DNA of 64,000 bases from Phoronis australis (Eukaryota; Animalia; Phoronida), in assembly GCA_002633005.1 (NCBI GenBank), contig NMRA01000404.1, positions 333,394 through 397,393 of the forward strand, written 5' to 3'. Made by a program: the position numbers and the translations under genes. Under the pieces are notes generated by a model that worked only from the letters and a program-made list of their open reading frames with translations, searched no databases and was not told the DNA's origin. This document shows, one piece after another, positions 33,301 to 45,089 of the stretch; position 1 is the first letter of the stretch; every line of letters begins with the position of its first letter.

Positions 33301-36300
33301 AGATAATCATGGCTAGACTTGATAAGTATGGTAACTGTTTGCCTTCACTACCAAGGACCCCAACGCTCCACCTTCCAGTCTTGACAGTCATTAAAATACA
33401 CAGATTTATCTGTGACACATTTTATCAAAGACCATAAGTCCAGTTTAACTAAGATGTTTGTAATTCCAATTTTAATTCACCTACAATTCAGTGATGTGAC
33501 TCATAAAGGAATTATAATCTTTTCATCAGTCACATCATTTTCGCCCTTATAAGTCTAGTGCTCTCACCACTGTCAGAGCTACTGAGGACCTGATATCTGT
33601 GCAATTACTGTAATTGCACAGATATTGGGTCCTCAGTAGCTCAGTGGTGAGAGCACTAGACTGGCAATCTAGAGACCTGTGGTTCGATTCCCAGTTGGGG
33701 CTCCTGATTTTTCTGTGTTTATTTGACATATTTCATTACTGACCAACCTCAGCGTCTATATATTTACATGTATGAATGAATGGCTGAGATTATTAATACT
33801 TAAAACAAAACTCAAAATAGACGCGCTACAAGAAGACAACACGCACAACACTAACCTTCGACTTGCAGGTGATGACAGGTAAGAGCTGCCCTCTATTGAT
33901 GATGGAAACACAAAGCTGGCAGCTGACGCAGGACTCAAAGGCTTGAACACAATGGATGATAAATCCTGAGGAGCAGTAAATGTGAAGTCGATGGGAGCAA
34001 ATGACATCTCTTGATTGTTGGAGCGCTGGGTTACGTTCTCCGTCTTTTTTTTAGTTGTAGTCTGCGATTTAACAGCTTTTGATGCCGCAGCACTCCTTGT
34101 ATTCCTCTTGGCTGGTGCAGAGCTTGCAGAGCCTGAAAGGTAACAAAACAACAGTGGTCAACTTGTATTTTGATAAACCAATCAATGATCAGTGCTGTTC
34201 ATAAACTGTGAAATGTCAGCCACATCCCAATATACCCAGTGCCAACTCAGATTCTGCAGTAGTTACCCACAATGCTGTGCTCCATTAGGGCACTCATCCC
34301 AGATGTACACTGCTGCTGTGCTAATCACTATCTTAAAGTTACGCCACTGAATTCCGCAGACCTACAACAATAGTTCAGAACACCCTATAAAAGGTCTGAA
34401 AAGGGTAAGACAGACACTTCACAAAATATAGCTAAAAAGTGGGAAACTGCAATGTATTACTGAATGCATAAACTGCAATGTATTACTGCGCTACATACGT
34501 CATGTCATTACATGGGATTGCAAAGCATAATGTTAGAAAACACAAACAGTTCCACGTAATGCGATATAAATTTCAAGGTTGCCTTATATTGTGTCACATG
34601 ATTGGTCAAGTCTCAAGTCTCTGGTACAATCTGCACGTCTAGCACCAAGAAGTGACGACATACCTTTCTTATTCTGTGCTGCCGCAAGTCTGGCAGATTG
34701 TCTGGTCACCCTTGTAGGAGGGTTCACATGTACTTCTGGTCCTGCAGCCATCTTGGATTGTTGCTGCTTCTGGAATCATAGTGGTGACCTTAACGTTGCA
34801 TTGATGATCTCAGAGTTTCCTCAGCACAACAGTTGAATGCTTTCTATGCTTCACTGAATTTCTTACTTGGTCCTCAATGTAAATCAAACTCACCATGTAA
34901 GAAGTCAAAGTGTAATATAACACAATGTTATATCCTTATGGCAAAAGTTTTCAAATATATATATATGAGCACACTACCTTCTAAGTCACTTAGAGCGTAC
35001 AAACATTTGAACTGAACTGAACATGTCTTAGGGCACACAATTAGAAATTCCGATATGAAGATGGCGCATATATGAACTCACCGTTCCCTTCAAGTTGGTG
35101 TTTCCTGTTGGTGCAGCCTCCTCCACCACATGAGAGACTTTGAAAACTGGCTTCTTGAACTTCAACTCCAGCCTCCTTTTCAGTTCTTTTTCCTTGCGCC
35201 ACTTATCCAACATTTCTTTCCTGCTGCACTTTTTCGCTACGCGTAAAAATAAAAATTGAATTGAAACACAGTTTCCCCTCATCTGAAGAGCCACCTTCCA
35301 AGGCCTTCATCTAGTGTGTGTTCTGGCCGTCAAAATGGACTCAAAATTTAGACATCCTGATTCACCTTAGCCAAGACGCCCTATTCAGCGTTCTCACATC
35401 CAAGTAAAGTACTAAGTGAGCAAATAAGCCCTTTTAAATTGCTACCAGAAATCTTGAGAGCTCATTGGGCAGCCTAGAATAAAGCTAGTTAAGATATGGT
35501 GTAAGTTAACTTATTGGACACTGGTGACCCTGCATAACACTCTATAGGCCCTTGCATAATGACTTAACTCCGGTCTGAGCGGAGCGTCGATGTAAACAGC
35601 GCAGTTAACTAGACCGTACATACTGGCTTCGGTAGTTAATGAACATCGAAGTAAACAGTAGGTGACATTGTCGTCATCGAAGTTATTTTAAGGTAGCGCT
35701 GCACGCTAAAATTTTTCTATGTGACAATTTGGGAACATTTACATGTGCTTATTGACATCAAACCTATTTTTAAATCGATTGGTTATTATTAGAGCAAAAT
35801 ATAAGCAGCTATTAGTGATGGCACCACCCTGTAATTGTTGATGATAAGTCAGTGGCACCGGGTGATAACTTTGATTGGTACGAAGTTAACCGTTCATACT
35901 ACACCGCAGCGTCGACGCTGCGGTGTTAAGTCCACTTGTTAACTGCAATGTTAACTGGAGTTGTTAACTTCGATCTAGGACTGGAGTTAAGCGTCCATAC
36001 TGGCCCTCATGAAAGCAAGGTGACTTGGGGTAATAAAAATCCAATTTATTCTATGGACACCCAGATATTGGAAAACCCCATTTCTGAATTCCTGGATGAA
36101 CTGCTATGTACCTTTCTGCCCATTCTTTAGAGAAGGAAACCAGTAATTATAGTGATTGATTGGTTCTGTAATAGCCAAGACTACCTCACCCGGGAATCAA
36201 ACTAGCGACCCCATTAAAATCAACAAGCATGCTTAACCATTCAGCTAATAGGCAATTGCCCCTGGCTCTGGTGGGATATTATGGTGGTCCCAGTGTCATC

Positions 36301-36883
36301 CACTAAATAATGGGCCTGTTATTCAGTGATTGCCTGGTTCTCAAAATCAGGGACTGTTATATTCGACCAGTGCTATATAATCATAAATGCCTATAATTAG
36401 GCTAACAGAAGGTGTGTAACTGAGACTCACGATTCACGGGAAGCACGGACACTGGTCGGATATAGCAGTTCCCGAATTTGAGAACCAGGCAATCGCTGAA
36501 TAATGGGCCCGTTATTCAGTGGATGAAACTGGTTCTCAAATCAAGGCCCGATGTTTAAACTTAAAGAACTGCAGTGCTTCCAACCACCGCTTTTACACTT
36601 ACAAACATAGTTTAATAAAATATCATAATTATTACTCACATTCTTCACCCTTGGTTCCCTTTTTTAAGCGATTCTGTACCTCCTGCAGTGGTGACATTTC
36701 CATTCCCATTGGGGACAAAGTCGAGATTTTTCGTCGTTCGCACACCTTAGCATCTCGATTGTGTTGCTGGGCTACAGATCGTTGATGAAGACGCACTAAC
36801 TTCTTATCGATACCCACTTGCGATTTACGTTTATGAGTCTTGATACGATCGTTTTCTGTTCTCTGTCTTCCTCGACGGTCCAT
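24359..36883 (-). CDS. DLGAP5: Disks large-associated protein 5 (HURP/Mars), mitotic spindle protein
   Basis: Approximate exons 36883-36640, 35236-35082 (RKEMLDKWRKEKELKRRLE..KKPVFKV), 34769-34664, 34132-33856 (SFAPIDFTF..PLSP), 32982-32918, 31478-31230, 30750-30682, 30354-29995 (YFRRLLVSETERLNSLCVKWE), 29672-29513 (GQIRTTIGQAHLLMNQRFKQFSGLVDNCE..CSDLQGFWDMIYFQ), 28841-28756 (VEDVDKKFADL..NW), 28395-28215 (FEAPGFFAITSP), 27616-27481, 27079-27006, 26677-26491, 26270-26070, 25320-25225, 24448-24359 (DLMVFSPL, TAA). Has a GKAP/GH1 domain, a basic N-terminus and many S/T-P sites. Confidence 0.9.
24512..24617. repeat. 21-bp tandem repeat, 5 copies
   Basis: Unit caaagggtagtttgctgac(a/t)a. Confidence 0.92.
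25765..25973. repeat. 21-bp minisatellite, about 10 copies
   Basis: Unit cacagatcccctgatacttgg with variants. Confidence 0.95.
29049..29315. repeat. 44-bp minisatellite, 6 copies
   Basis: Unit aataaccagttgtatgaaacacactgggtgagggaccacaccac. Confidence 0.95.
33630..33702 (+). pseudogene. tRNA-like sequence (pseudo-tRNA or SINE head), anticodon GGC
   Basis: A box TAGCTCAGTGG, anticodon arm CTAGA-CTGGCAA-TCTAG, B box GGTTCGATTCCC. The T stem and acceptor stem are imperfect, and GGC is not a usual eukaryotic anticodon. Confidence 0.7.
36296..36526. mobile_element. Fold-back MITE with about 77-bp imperfect terminal inverted repeats in DLGAP5 intron 1
   Basis: tcatccactaaataatgggcctgttattcagtgattgcctggttctcaaa..accagtg is mirrored by cactggt..tttgagaaccaggcaatcgctgaataatgggcccgttattcagtggatga. 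Confidence 0.85.
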
Positions 36884-36939
36884 TTCGAATTTAGATAAAC
36901 TGCAAACTTGCCTAATGGCTAAAGACGTGAACTTCACAA

Positions 36940-36983
36940 TTCAAATTTTGCGCTGAAATGATTGGATAAAATTACTTCCGGTT
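36940..36983 (-). promoter_or_regulatory. DLGAP5 core promoter: ETS site, CCAAT box, CDE-like GCGC and CHR (TTTGAA)
   Basis: Minus strand reads AACCGGAAGT..CCAAT..CAGCGC-AAAA-TTTGAA, 57-100 bp upstream of the ATG. Confidence 0.65.
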
Positions 36984-39031
36984 ATTTTTACAAAATCTCC
37001 GCAAGGTGGCTCTGCCCAGTGTAGCACTTGGTACGTGACCGCAGCGTATCCAGGGCTCGACTTAACGATCGAGCTGCTGGTCGCATTTGCGACCTGAAAT
37101 TTGCAAATGCGAGCTCAGATTTTTGTCAGCTCGTATCAAGTCGTAAAATGCGACCTGGAATTTCCAACGGGGGCAGCGCACTGGAATACTGAATTTCGGC
37201 AGATGCGCGAACCCAATCTAAAATGTCGGGACGCAGGTGCCTCGAATGTTTGGGGTTGCGAACCTGTTAACTAAAATAAAAAAAAAACGGCAAACGGTGT
37301 TTGTTCAGGGCCTATGCGTTCTTTAATCACCCCCGACGAGCCCTTGCTTGTGAGCACCGGCCCGAACTCCCAAATGGTATCTGGTAAAATTTTAGGGGGG
37401 CCATGACCCCCCTAAATCCGCCACTGACTTTTGTAAATTTCCGGATTCGCCGAAGAAAAATTTCGGGCAACTGCATAACACGTGATAAAACGTCACAAAA
37501 GAGCGGTGTTTCTACTAATTCTTAAGCGATCAATTTACGAAACTTTGTAGTGGACAAATAGGTTTATTTTTCGCGTAAGATGTCCTTATTTCATGTACCA
37601 AATATCCACGACAATATCCCTCAGTGATATTGCACTGCGGCACTGCATCGGTCCCGTACTTGTTAGCGCGCAAGCGGTGCTGGCAGACAATCGTCTCGTT
37701 TTTATCGCATAAGACAGCCAATTGAAAGTGAAAATAACAACCCTATTAATCGCAAAAACGACGGCCACGTCTTTACTTTCAGTATCCAAGAAATTCTCAA
37801 ACCCTTTACTTGTTTCTGGGGCTATACATAGGCGAAATATGAGTCTTTCACATGCTGTTGTCAACGTAAAGTGTAGGCCTACTCCAGCGATTCAAGTGCG
37901 TGAACTCACACGTTCGCACCTCTTCAAAGCTGCACATCAAAAGAGAACAGCAACAGTCCTAAATGAAAGAGTATACTGTCTTGGCTCTGTTAAGCACCCG
38001 GGTGGCAGTGGTTTATTTGGAAATGAACTCATAGATTCGACCCGGCGGTTACAAAAGACCCGCTGCCTTACGATATTCCACGGTACCAATATAACCCAGA
38101 ACTGATATTTTCCTGTCCCCATGTTTCCCGAGGTCGAGGTTCCCTAAACCCTATATTCTATGCCCGTAGCCAGGTATTGCAACTAAACGGATACTATAGA
38201 TGCAAAATTGTGGTTAGCGACATTTTTATTCTTCTCTTCATACACCCCCCCCCCGCAACTTTTCGCTCCCCGGACCACCGTTGCGGTAAAATGTAAAGAC
38301 TCCAATAGAAACAACCTTGTTCGGCTGAAGCGGGCAATTGAAAACAAAATTATTCTGGATGGCTAAAAGGGTACAGTGTAGGTGGTAACGATATAGAGAA
38401 AGTCACACCTACTAGATGGAGTTTGTCTCGCAAAATCGTATTATCGTAACGTTTCTTACCATTGCAGTAATAGTAATATCTTATTACCGCAAACACTCAG
38501 GTTAAAGACTATGCAAATGCCAGAGAAAACCAAGTTGGGTGTAATAATAACCATCAGTGTTAAGGAAGTAGTGCTAGCTAATACCTTTCCACTTCATTAG
38601 CCCAGATCTACATCAATACAAAGGGCGTGATGATAGGCATCATAAAAGTTGTCTTGGGGCTTAGGGAATCAGAGCGGTGACCAGTGTCAGCGAGAAATTC
38701 TCCACATGTTAGGATTGCCCAACTAATGAAGCACGATTTTCTTGAGACTATGATAATTTTCATGTGTTTGTTGGTAACGGAAATGATGATATCACGGTCA
38801 GGAATATTATGAGACTGGTTTTGTAAGAATGCATAAAGCCTTATTCGATTTTCCTTTTTTAGCCAGCTAAACAGAGCGAAGTGATACTATCACGGACCTT
38901 GGAGTGCAGCCATTGCTAAGGTACCGTGGTAAAGTTAAGCACTTTAATAACAACCACAACCTTTGTAAGAGATTTTAAAAAATCCGACAAAGGATGTGGT
39001 TGTTACATGTAGTCATCAAACTGTTGACATG

Positions 39032-39228
39032 GGGCCCGTTCTAAGAAAACTAACTTAGCAAAGACAAATCTTAAATTTCAACCAATTTTAAAAGAGATCT
39101 TAAGTTTGACTTAAGTTTTGTCTTAATTTTGACTAATTTATCGGATGTAGAATTTTCAAAGTTTGGAAGTTGTGACAAATCTTAAATTTAAGTAGAATGA
39201 ATTTAAGTCAGTTTCTTGGAAAGGGACT
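39032..39228. mobile_element. Short MITE-like inverted-repeat element; a similar-style element lies at about 43259-43413
   Basis: Imperfect TIRs ggcccgttctaagaaaactaactta / taagtcagtttcttggaaagggactc. The second element has cagttgcataaaag / ctttatgcaactc. Confidence 0.55.
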
Positions 39229-41085
39229 CTGGAAGGCCAACTTCGAATTCACGCCGCTGAGGTTACGTCGCACGTGCATGGGATTTCTTTTTGCATTCGT
39301 TTGATTCTTTGCTATGGGCAGAGACCAGTGGCGGATACAGAAATAGCCATGGGGACCATGCCCCCAAAATTCTCCAACATTCCATTTGGCAGTTCCGGGA
39401 TGCGAATGTCTGACGGGCAAAATCCTGGCTAATATCCCCCCCAACTCAAAATCCTGGATCCGCCCCTGCAGACCGTAGAGTGTTAACGTCTTTGGTATGG
39501 GATATAGGGTTAAGATGGGCCTTTTATTTATTACTAACAAAGTAAGTGTAGAAGAGCTATCTCCGAAAACTTCTTGCGAACAGAATACATCTATCTTTTG
39601 GAATATTTTGCGGCCTAATGGCTTCAAACATTGCTTAAAGGATGATTTCGGAAGCCGGCCCTGGGTTCCAACGCTGCCTTGCTGGTAAGCGTAACGTTAA
39701 ACCATCAAAACGTTTTACAATAATTTGGTGAGCTTACGTTTCTCTTGAAATAATTCTATATGATCGAGCACCACCTGATCTCTAATACGATACCAACATC
39801 ATGTACCCAGGACACATGAATTGATGACATAACCCCTGTGCGACCTTGTTAGGAGGGTCAGCCTTCGTTGCTAAGATTAATAACGTCATTTTTAAGACAA
39901 GGTGACCTTCAAGAAACTAGTATTTGAGGTCACCAGTCCACACACCTGTTTTTTGTTTTTTAACAAATACGAATCTTCCAGAAGCAGACCGACCTATGGC
40001 GCAGTTTCGATAGATGGACGATAAGTCAATGTCGATTGCAAATAATACGGATACCCATATTTGTGTACTAGTGGTCTTAGCGGCTTAAAATACCCCCGCT
40101 TCCTACGCTTATGACAATGAATAGTCGACATAGATAAGAGACATTTGGAAGAAATTTTCTGTGGGACTGTATGGCTCAGTGGTTTGAGCTCCGGACTCGC
40201 GTCTTGGCAGATCCGAGTTCGAATCCTGGCCTTACTGGCAGACAATCGAGCATTGCACAGAAGTGTCTCCTCTTCTTCTGAGCTCGGTCTTAATAATGAC
40301 TGTAAGCAATGAAATGGATGAGAACCTGGATATTATAAATGCAAAGGCGATATCTGGAGCTGTGGTAATAGTTAAAAGGAAAAAAAATGTGTCAAGTATA
40401 ATATTTGACATAATTGCTCAGTGTCACCATGGGAACAACTTTAGGAAATGACCATTTTACAAATTGAGTGGAATTTCACTCACTTTGCTGTGCACTGAAG
40501 ATTGATATGTAACATTTTCCTGTGACATTGTCGGTGAGGAGCCGTTCTTATAGCTGGCGGACAAAGTGAACGGAAAGCAACTTCTGACGTCTTAAAATGC
40601 TTTTAACTTTTTTTAAAAGAATATGTCGGGCTTAAGTATTCTATGTGTGGAAAATTTAGCGTGCTTGTCCTGGTGGCTTGTTTCATCTCACTGGCGAACA
40701 TCTGATCACAGACAACATTAGTGCCAGTCAGATGTCTGTCCAATAGACGCAGCCAACTGGAGATATTGTTAAGGGGTTAGACACAGTTTGCCAAAAAGCC
40801 ATAAATCAGTCGTTGTTTTACGACATTGACTAACTCACAAAACAGAAGAATATGGCTTTTTATTTCAAATAAGAATTTATTTAATTTTGAAAATGCTGAT
40901 TTTGCGTTAAGCCTTTATTATTTTCGCGTTTAATAACGGCCCCCATCAAATTTCACAGTGACGTCATTCTAAAGCATAGGTTAGTGTACACATTATGTGT
41001 ACAATTTTGAATTTATTAAAGAAATTTCTTATCTTAGATACTCCGCGTCAACTTGGCTTATTTCCCTATCACAAGAACATAAAAT

Positions 41086-43147
41086 AACTAGAAAGATTAT
41101 TGTCACGGCGTGACAGTAACGGACTCTGCGCGTGCGTATTACTGGAATTATTATGGGAAGTTACTGACAGCAACCCGTTTACCAATATGAAAAGGAATTC
41201 TTTAAATTTGTAGGAGAAATTACATATTAATTTTTTATGACCTTTCCACTAATTGACCTCTTCCGGTGCATTATGAGCCCCGATGAGGGAGTAATTGTTA
41301 ACTCGATTAAAAGTGTGGTTAATGCTAATAATCACAGATGTTTTACTTTAAGCACTTCAGAATACAAGATGAATGAAGTGGTCAAACTTTCAGAAGAAAA
41401 ATGCACCTAATGACCCCATGGGTGCACCAAATGACCTGAAAATTTAGAATTCAAACTCAATCGCACTTAGTAAACAGATACGTAATTCTGAAGTCTCTAG
41501 CTCAAAATTTTAGTTTGCACTCAATGACCTTTGACCTATTTTTTCTGATTGGTTAGGCCTATTGCGAAGTAAAGTAGGGTATTCAATTGGCATGTTGACT
41601 TACACCAGTGTGCTGAAATTGAAAAGAATTCCTTGAAAAACGTAAGAGATATAACATTTTGAACGTTACATGACCTTTGCACTAATTGACCTTATCCGGT
41701 GCATTTTAAGCATCTTTAGGAGAATTATTGCAAAGCCCATGGAAAATGTGTTTAACGCTGAGAATCACAGTTGTCTAACGGTTGACACATCAGAATACTT
41801 GCTGATTGAAAAGGTCAAATTTTCAGAAGAAAAATGCACCTAATGACCCCATGTTTGCACTAAATGACCTGAAACTTTGGATTCCGATTTGATTTACCTG
41901 TGGCAATCAGACCTGTCAATTTGAAGTGTCTAGCTCAAAATTTTAGTTTGCACCTAATGACCTTTGACCTATTTCACCTGATTGGATGACCCGATTACTT
42001 AGAAAAGTAATTTTTTAAATTGTCATGTTGACTTATACCTGTGCACCGAATTTGAAAAAGATAGCTTTAAAACTGAAGGAGGAGTAGCATTTTGAAAATT
42101 ATATGACCTTTGCACCAAACGACCTCTTCCGGTGCAATATGGAATATGATTATATAACCAATCAAAATTTATATACTGTCAAAAGTCATATGCTGAATTT
42201 AAAGACCGTACCTGCACCCAATTTGGAGTTATTAAGCCCCAAAGTTGGTCAGAAGAAGAAGAAGAAGAATAAGAATAAGAAGAATAAGAATAAAATTGAA
42301 GAAAACCCAGGAACAACAGTACTCTGCGCTTACACGCGCAGAGTAATAAGAAGAATAAGAAGAATAAGAATAAAATTGAAGAAAACCCAGGAACAACAGT
42401 ACTCTGCGCTTACACGCGCAGAGTAATAAGAAGAATAAGAAGAATAAGAATAAAATTGAAGAAAACCCAGGAACAACAGTACTCTGCGCTTACACGCGCA
42501 GAGTAATAAGAAGAATAAGAAGAATATGAATAAAATTGAAGAAAACCCAGGAACAACAGTACTCTGCGCTTACACGCGCAGAGTAATAAGAAGAATAAGA
42601 AGAATATGAATAAAATTGAAGAAAACCCAGGAACAACAGTACTCTGCGCTTACACGCGCAGAGTAATAAGAAGAATAAGAAGAATATGAATAAAATTGAA
42701 GAAAACCCAGGAACAACAGTACTCTGCGCTTACACGCGCAGAGTAATAAGAAGAATAATAAGAATATGAATAAAATTGAAGAAAACCCAGGAACAACAGT
42801 ACTCTGCGCTTACACGCGCAGAGTAATAAGAAGAATAAGAAGAATATGAATAAAATTGAAGAAAACCCAGGAACAACAGTACTCTGCGCTTACACGCGCA
42901 GAGTAATAAGAAGAATAATAAGAATATGAATAAAATTGAAGAAAACCCAGGAACAACAGTACTCTGCGCTTACACGCGCAGAGTAATAAGAAGAATAAGA
43001 AGAATATGAATAAAATTGAAGAAAACCCAGGAACAACAGTACTCTGCGCTTACACGCGCAGAGTAATAAGAAGAATAAGAAGAATAAGAATAAAATTGAA
43101 GAAAACCCAGGAACAACAGTATTCTGCGCTTACACGCGCAGAGTAAT
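41086..43147. mobile_element. Helentron-associated non-autonomous element (HINE/DINE-1-like) with an amplified 3' end
   Basis: 5' palindrome tgtcac-ggc-gtgaca (41101-41115). Sub-terminal repeat actctgcgcgtg (41123-41134) is the reverse complement of cacgcgcagagt at the 3' end. Internal 433-bp tandem units (41237, 41670, partial 42103) rich in tgacctttgacct; AAG/AAT microsatellite; terminal stem-loop. Confidence 0.75.
42280..43147. repeat. 80-bp tandem array, 11 copies, each with a 10-bp-stem hairpin
   Basis: gaaaacccag recurs at 42301, 42381 ... 43101; hairpin tactctgcgc-ttacac-gcgcagagta. Confidence 0.97.
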
Positions 43148-44575
43148 TATCAGCGGAACAGTGATGACTTTGAATGGCGCACTTTGGAGAAGGTCAAATT
43201 GTTCATTATGATGTGACGCTGTTTGAGTACTTACGCCGACTTAAGAAAATTAACAAACCAGGGCCCAGTTGCATAAAAGTTATACGCCGTATAGCAACAA
43301 TTACGTCGCATTATCACGCGTCAGATTGTTATTGTTGAACAATGCACCTGACGTCATGCAACAATTAAACTTATCCAGCGGATAATTTTTGAATCTTTAT
43401 GCAACTCAGCACTGGAACTGCAGCTAAATCTGTCAAAATATAGAACTGACATGGTTAAAGGAAATTAATTAGTTATGAATTTTTTATTTAATTAGATGTG
43501 ATTTTTCAGTAACTTACACAAATTTCACATTTTTCCAGATATGCATCTGTTAAGGCGCTTGTAACAGAAAAACTACTTTGGTGACCCCCTGATGATTTTT
43601 TGCAGATTTGCAATAATCAAAAACCAAAATCCAAGTCTGACTGTCTACTTTCTTTAGCTATGCCTATTTTAAAACGCGAGTATTGTACCATTCTTGACTT
43701 TTCCGAGTTCTGTATATGTGGTTTTCAGATCCCAAAATATGACAGAGGTTACTATCACATTTTTAGTGTAAAAAATTAACATATTGACCGAGTTTGAAAG
43801 TCAGTAATTGTTTTTTTCACACGATTACATTCTCTAAGTAATTGAACGCAGAGGTAAATTAATGGCTTGCCAACATTAAGATCCCGAGATCGAACATTAA
43901 GATCCCGGGATCGAATCACCATGAGATTTCCATTACTTCACAGAACGTTTTTAAAAGGTATTGAAACTTCGTTACCATAGCATCGGTCACCATGGTGATA
44001 TTAGCGGTTAATGATGAGAATCATCAACAGCTAGCCATCAGTTGATGTATAGCTATATCACAAAACAATTTAAAACACACACAATGCAACAAAAATGAAA
44101 TGGGTCACTGAAAAAGCATTGTTTTGACAAATGCATCAGCTGACGTCATCGACGCCACAAGCTTTAGGAGGAGTTTCGGAAATTGTGACACATCCATTTG
44201 AGAGATCTCTCGTGATACATGACGTCAACATCAAAGCAAGCGCTGGTAACTCATTACACTCTCAATGAGTAAAATTATGTAACCATTTGCATGACTACCT
44301 AAGGCATATCTAGAGATTAAAGGAATTCTCTCATGCTATCGCAATTCACTTCACAAGGATTTGAGGATGTAATAGCAGTGAAATGTGTAAACTGCTTCCA
44401 TAACTACATAATTTTGTGACCTTCTATACTCATGCGTAGTCAGCTCATTTTAAAAAAAGATCCCATAAGTCCTATACAAAAAATAAATATCTATAAATAG
44501 TTTTAATTAATTGTTCTGTAACTAGACAATGTTTTATCGCTTGTATCTCTATCTGTTTTTGAATAAAGTTACACT

Positions 44576-44922
44576 GCTACCGTCACTACCCAACCGTAAC
44601 CACAGCAACAATCCCAAACGTAACCATCATAATCACTACAGCAACCCCTACTACTCTACGGTAACCAAATCTGCAAATCTGCAACCACTAACGTAACCAT
44701 CACAACCGCAACCAATATCCATACGGTAACCACAACCACTAAGGTAACCATAACAATCACTACCACAACCGCTATCGCGACGGTAACCACAACCTAAGAC
44801 GTAAACGGTCTCAACCGCCACAACCACTAAAGCAACCATGACAACCACTACTGCTACGGTAAGCACATCTACAACCACTAATACAACCATCACAATCACT
44901 ACCACGACCAAGAGTACCACTG
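44576..44922. repeat. Degenerate (ACC/ACT/AAC)-rich low-complexity tract
   Basis: Recurring accacaacc / gtaacc / actacc words. Confidence 0.75.
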
Positions 44923-45089
44923 ATACTGAAAATATTTTTGTATCTTGATCTGTCTTAAAATAAAGTTTTGCTACTACAAAAAAGTATTTTTATTTGAAAC
45001 CGATCTGTGTCTCAGTGCCGCCTTAAAATCCCGTATTTTGTTTACAGTACGCCCCCTTTGGATGAGTTCAGAAGGCAACAACGAAGTAT

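Noticed and set aside
33630-33702. Functional tRNA-Ala(GGC) gene
   Set aside because: Bulged T stem, weak acceptor stem and atypical anticodon; treated as pseudo-tRNA or SINE-derived.
42280-43147. Palindromic regularly spaced array resembling CRISPR
   Set aside because: The intervening sequences are identical rather than unique spacers, there are no cas genes, and the context is eukaryotic.
44651-44920. Val-rich membrane-like ORF and Thr-rich mucin-like opposite strand
   Set aside because: Produced by a degenerate trinucleotide tract downstream of the TIR stop; no splice support.
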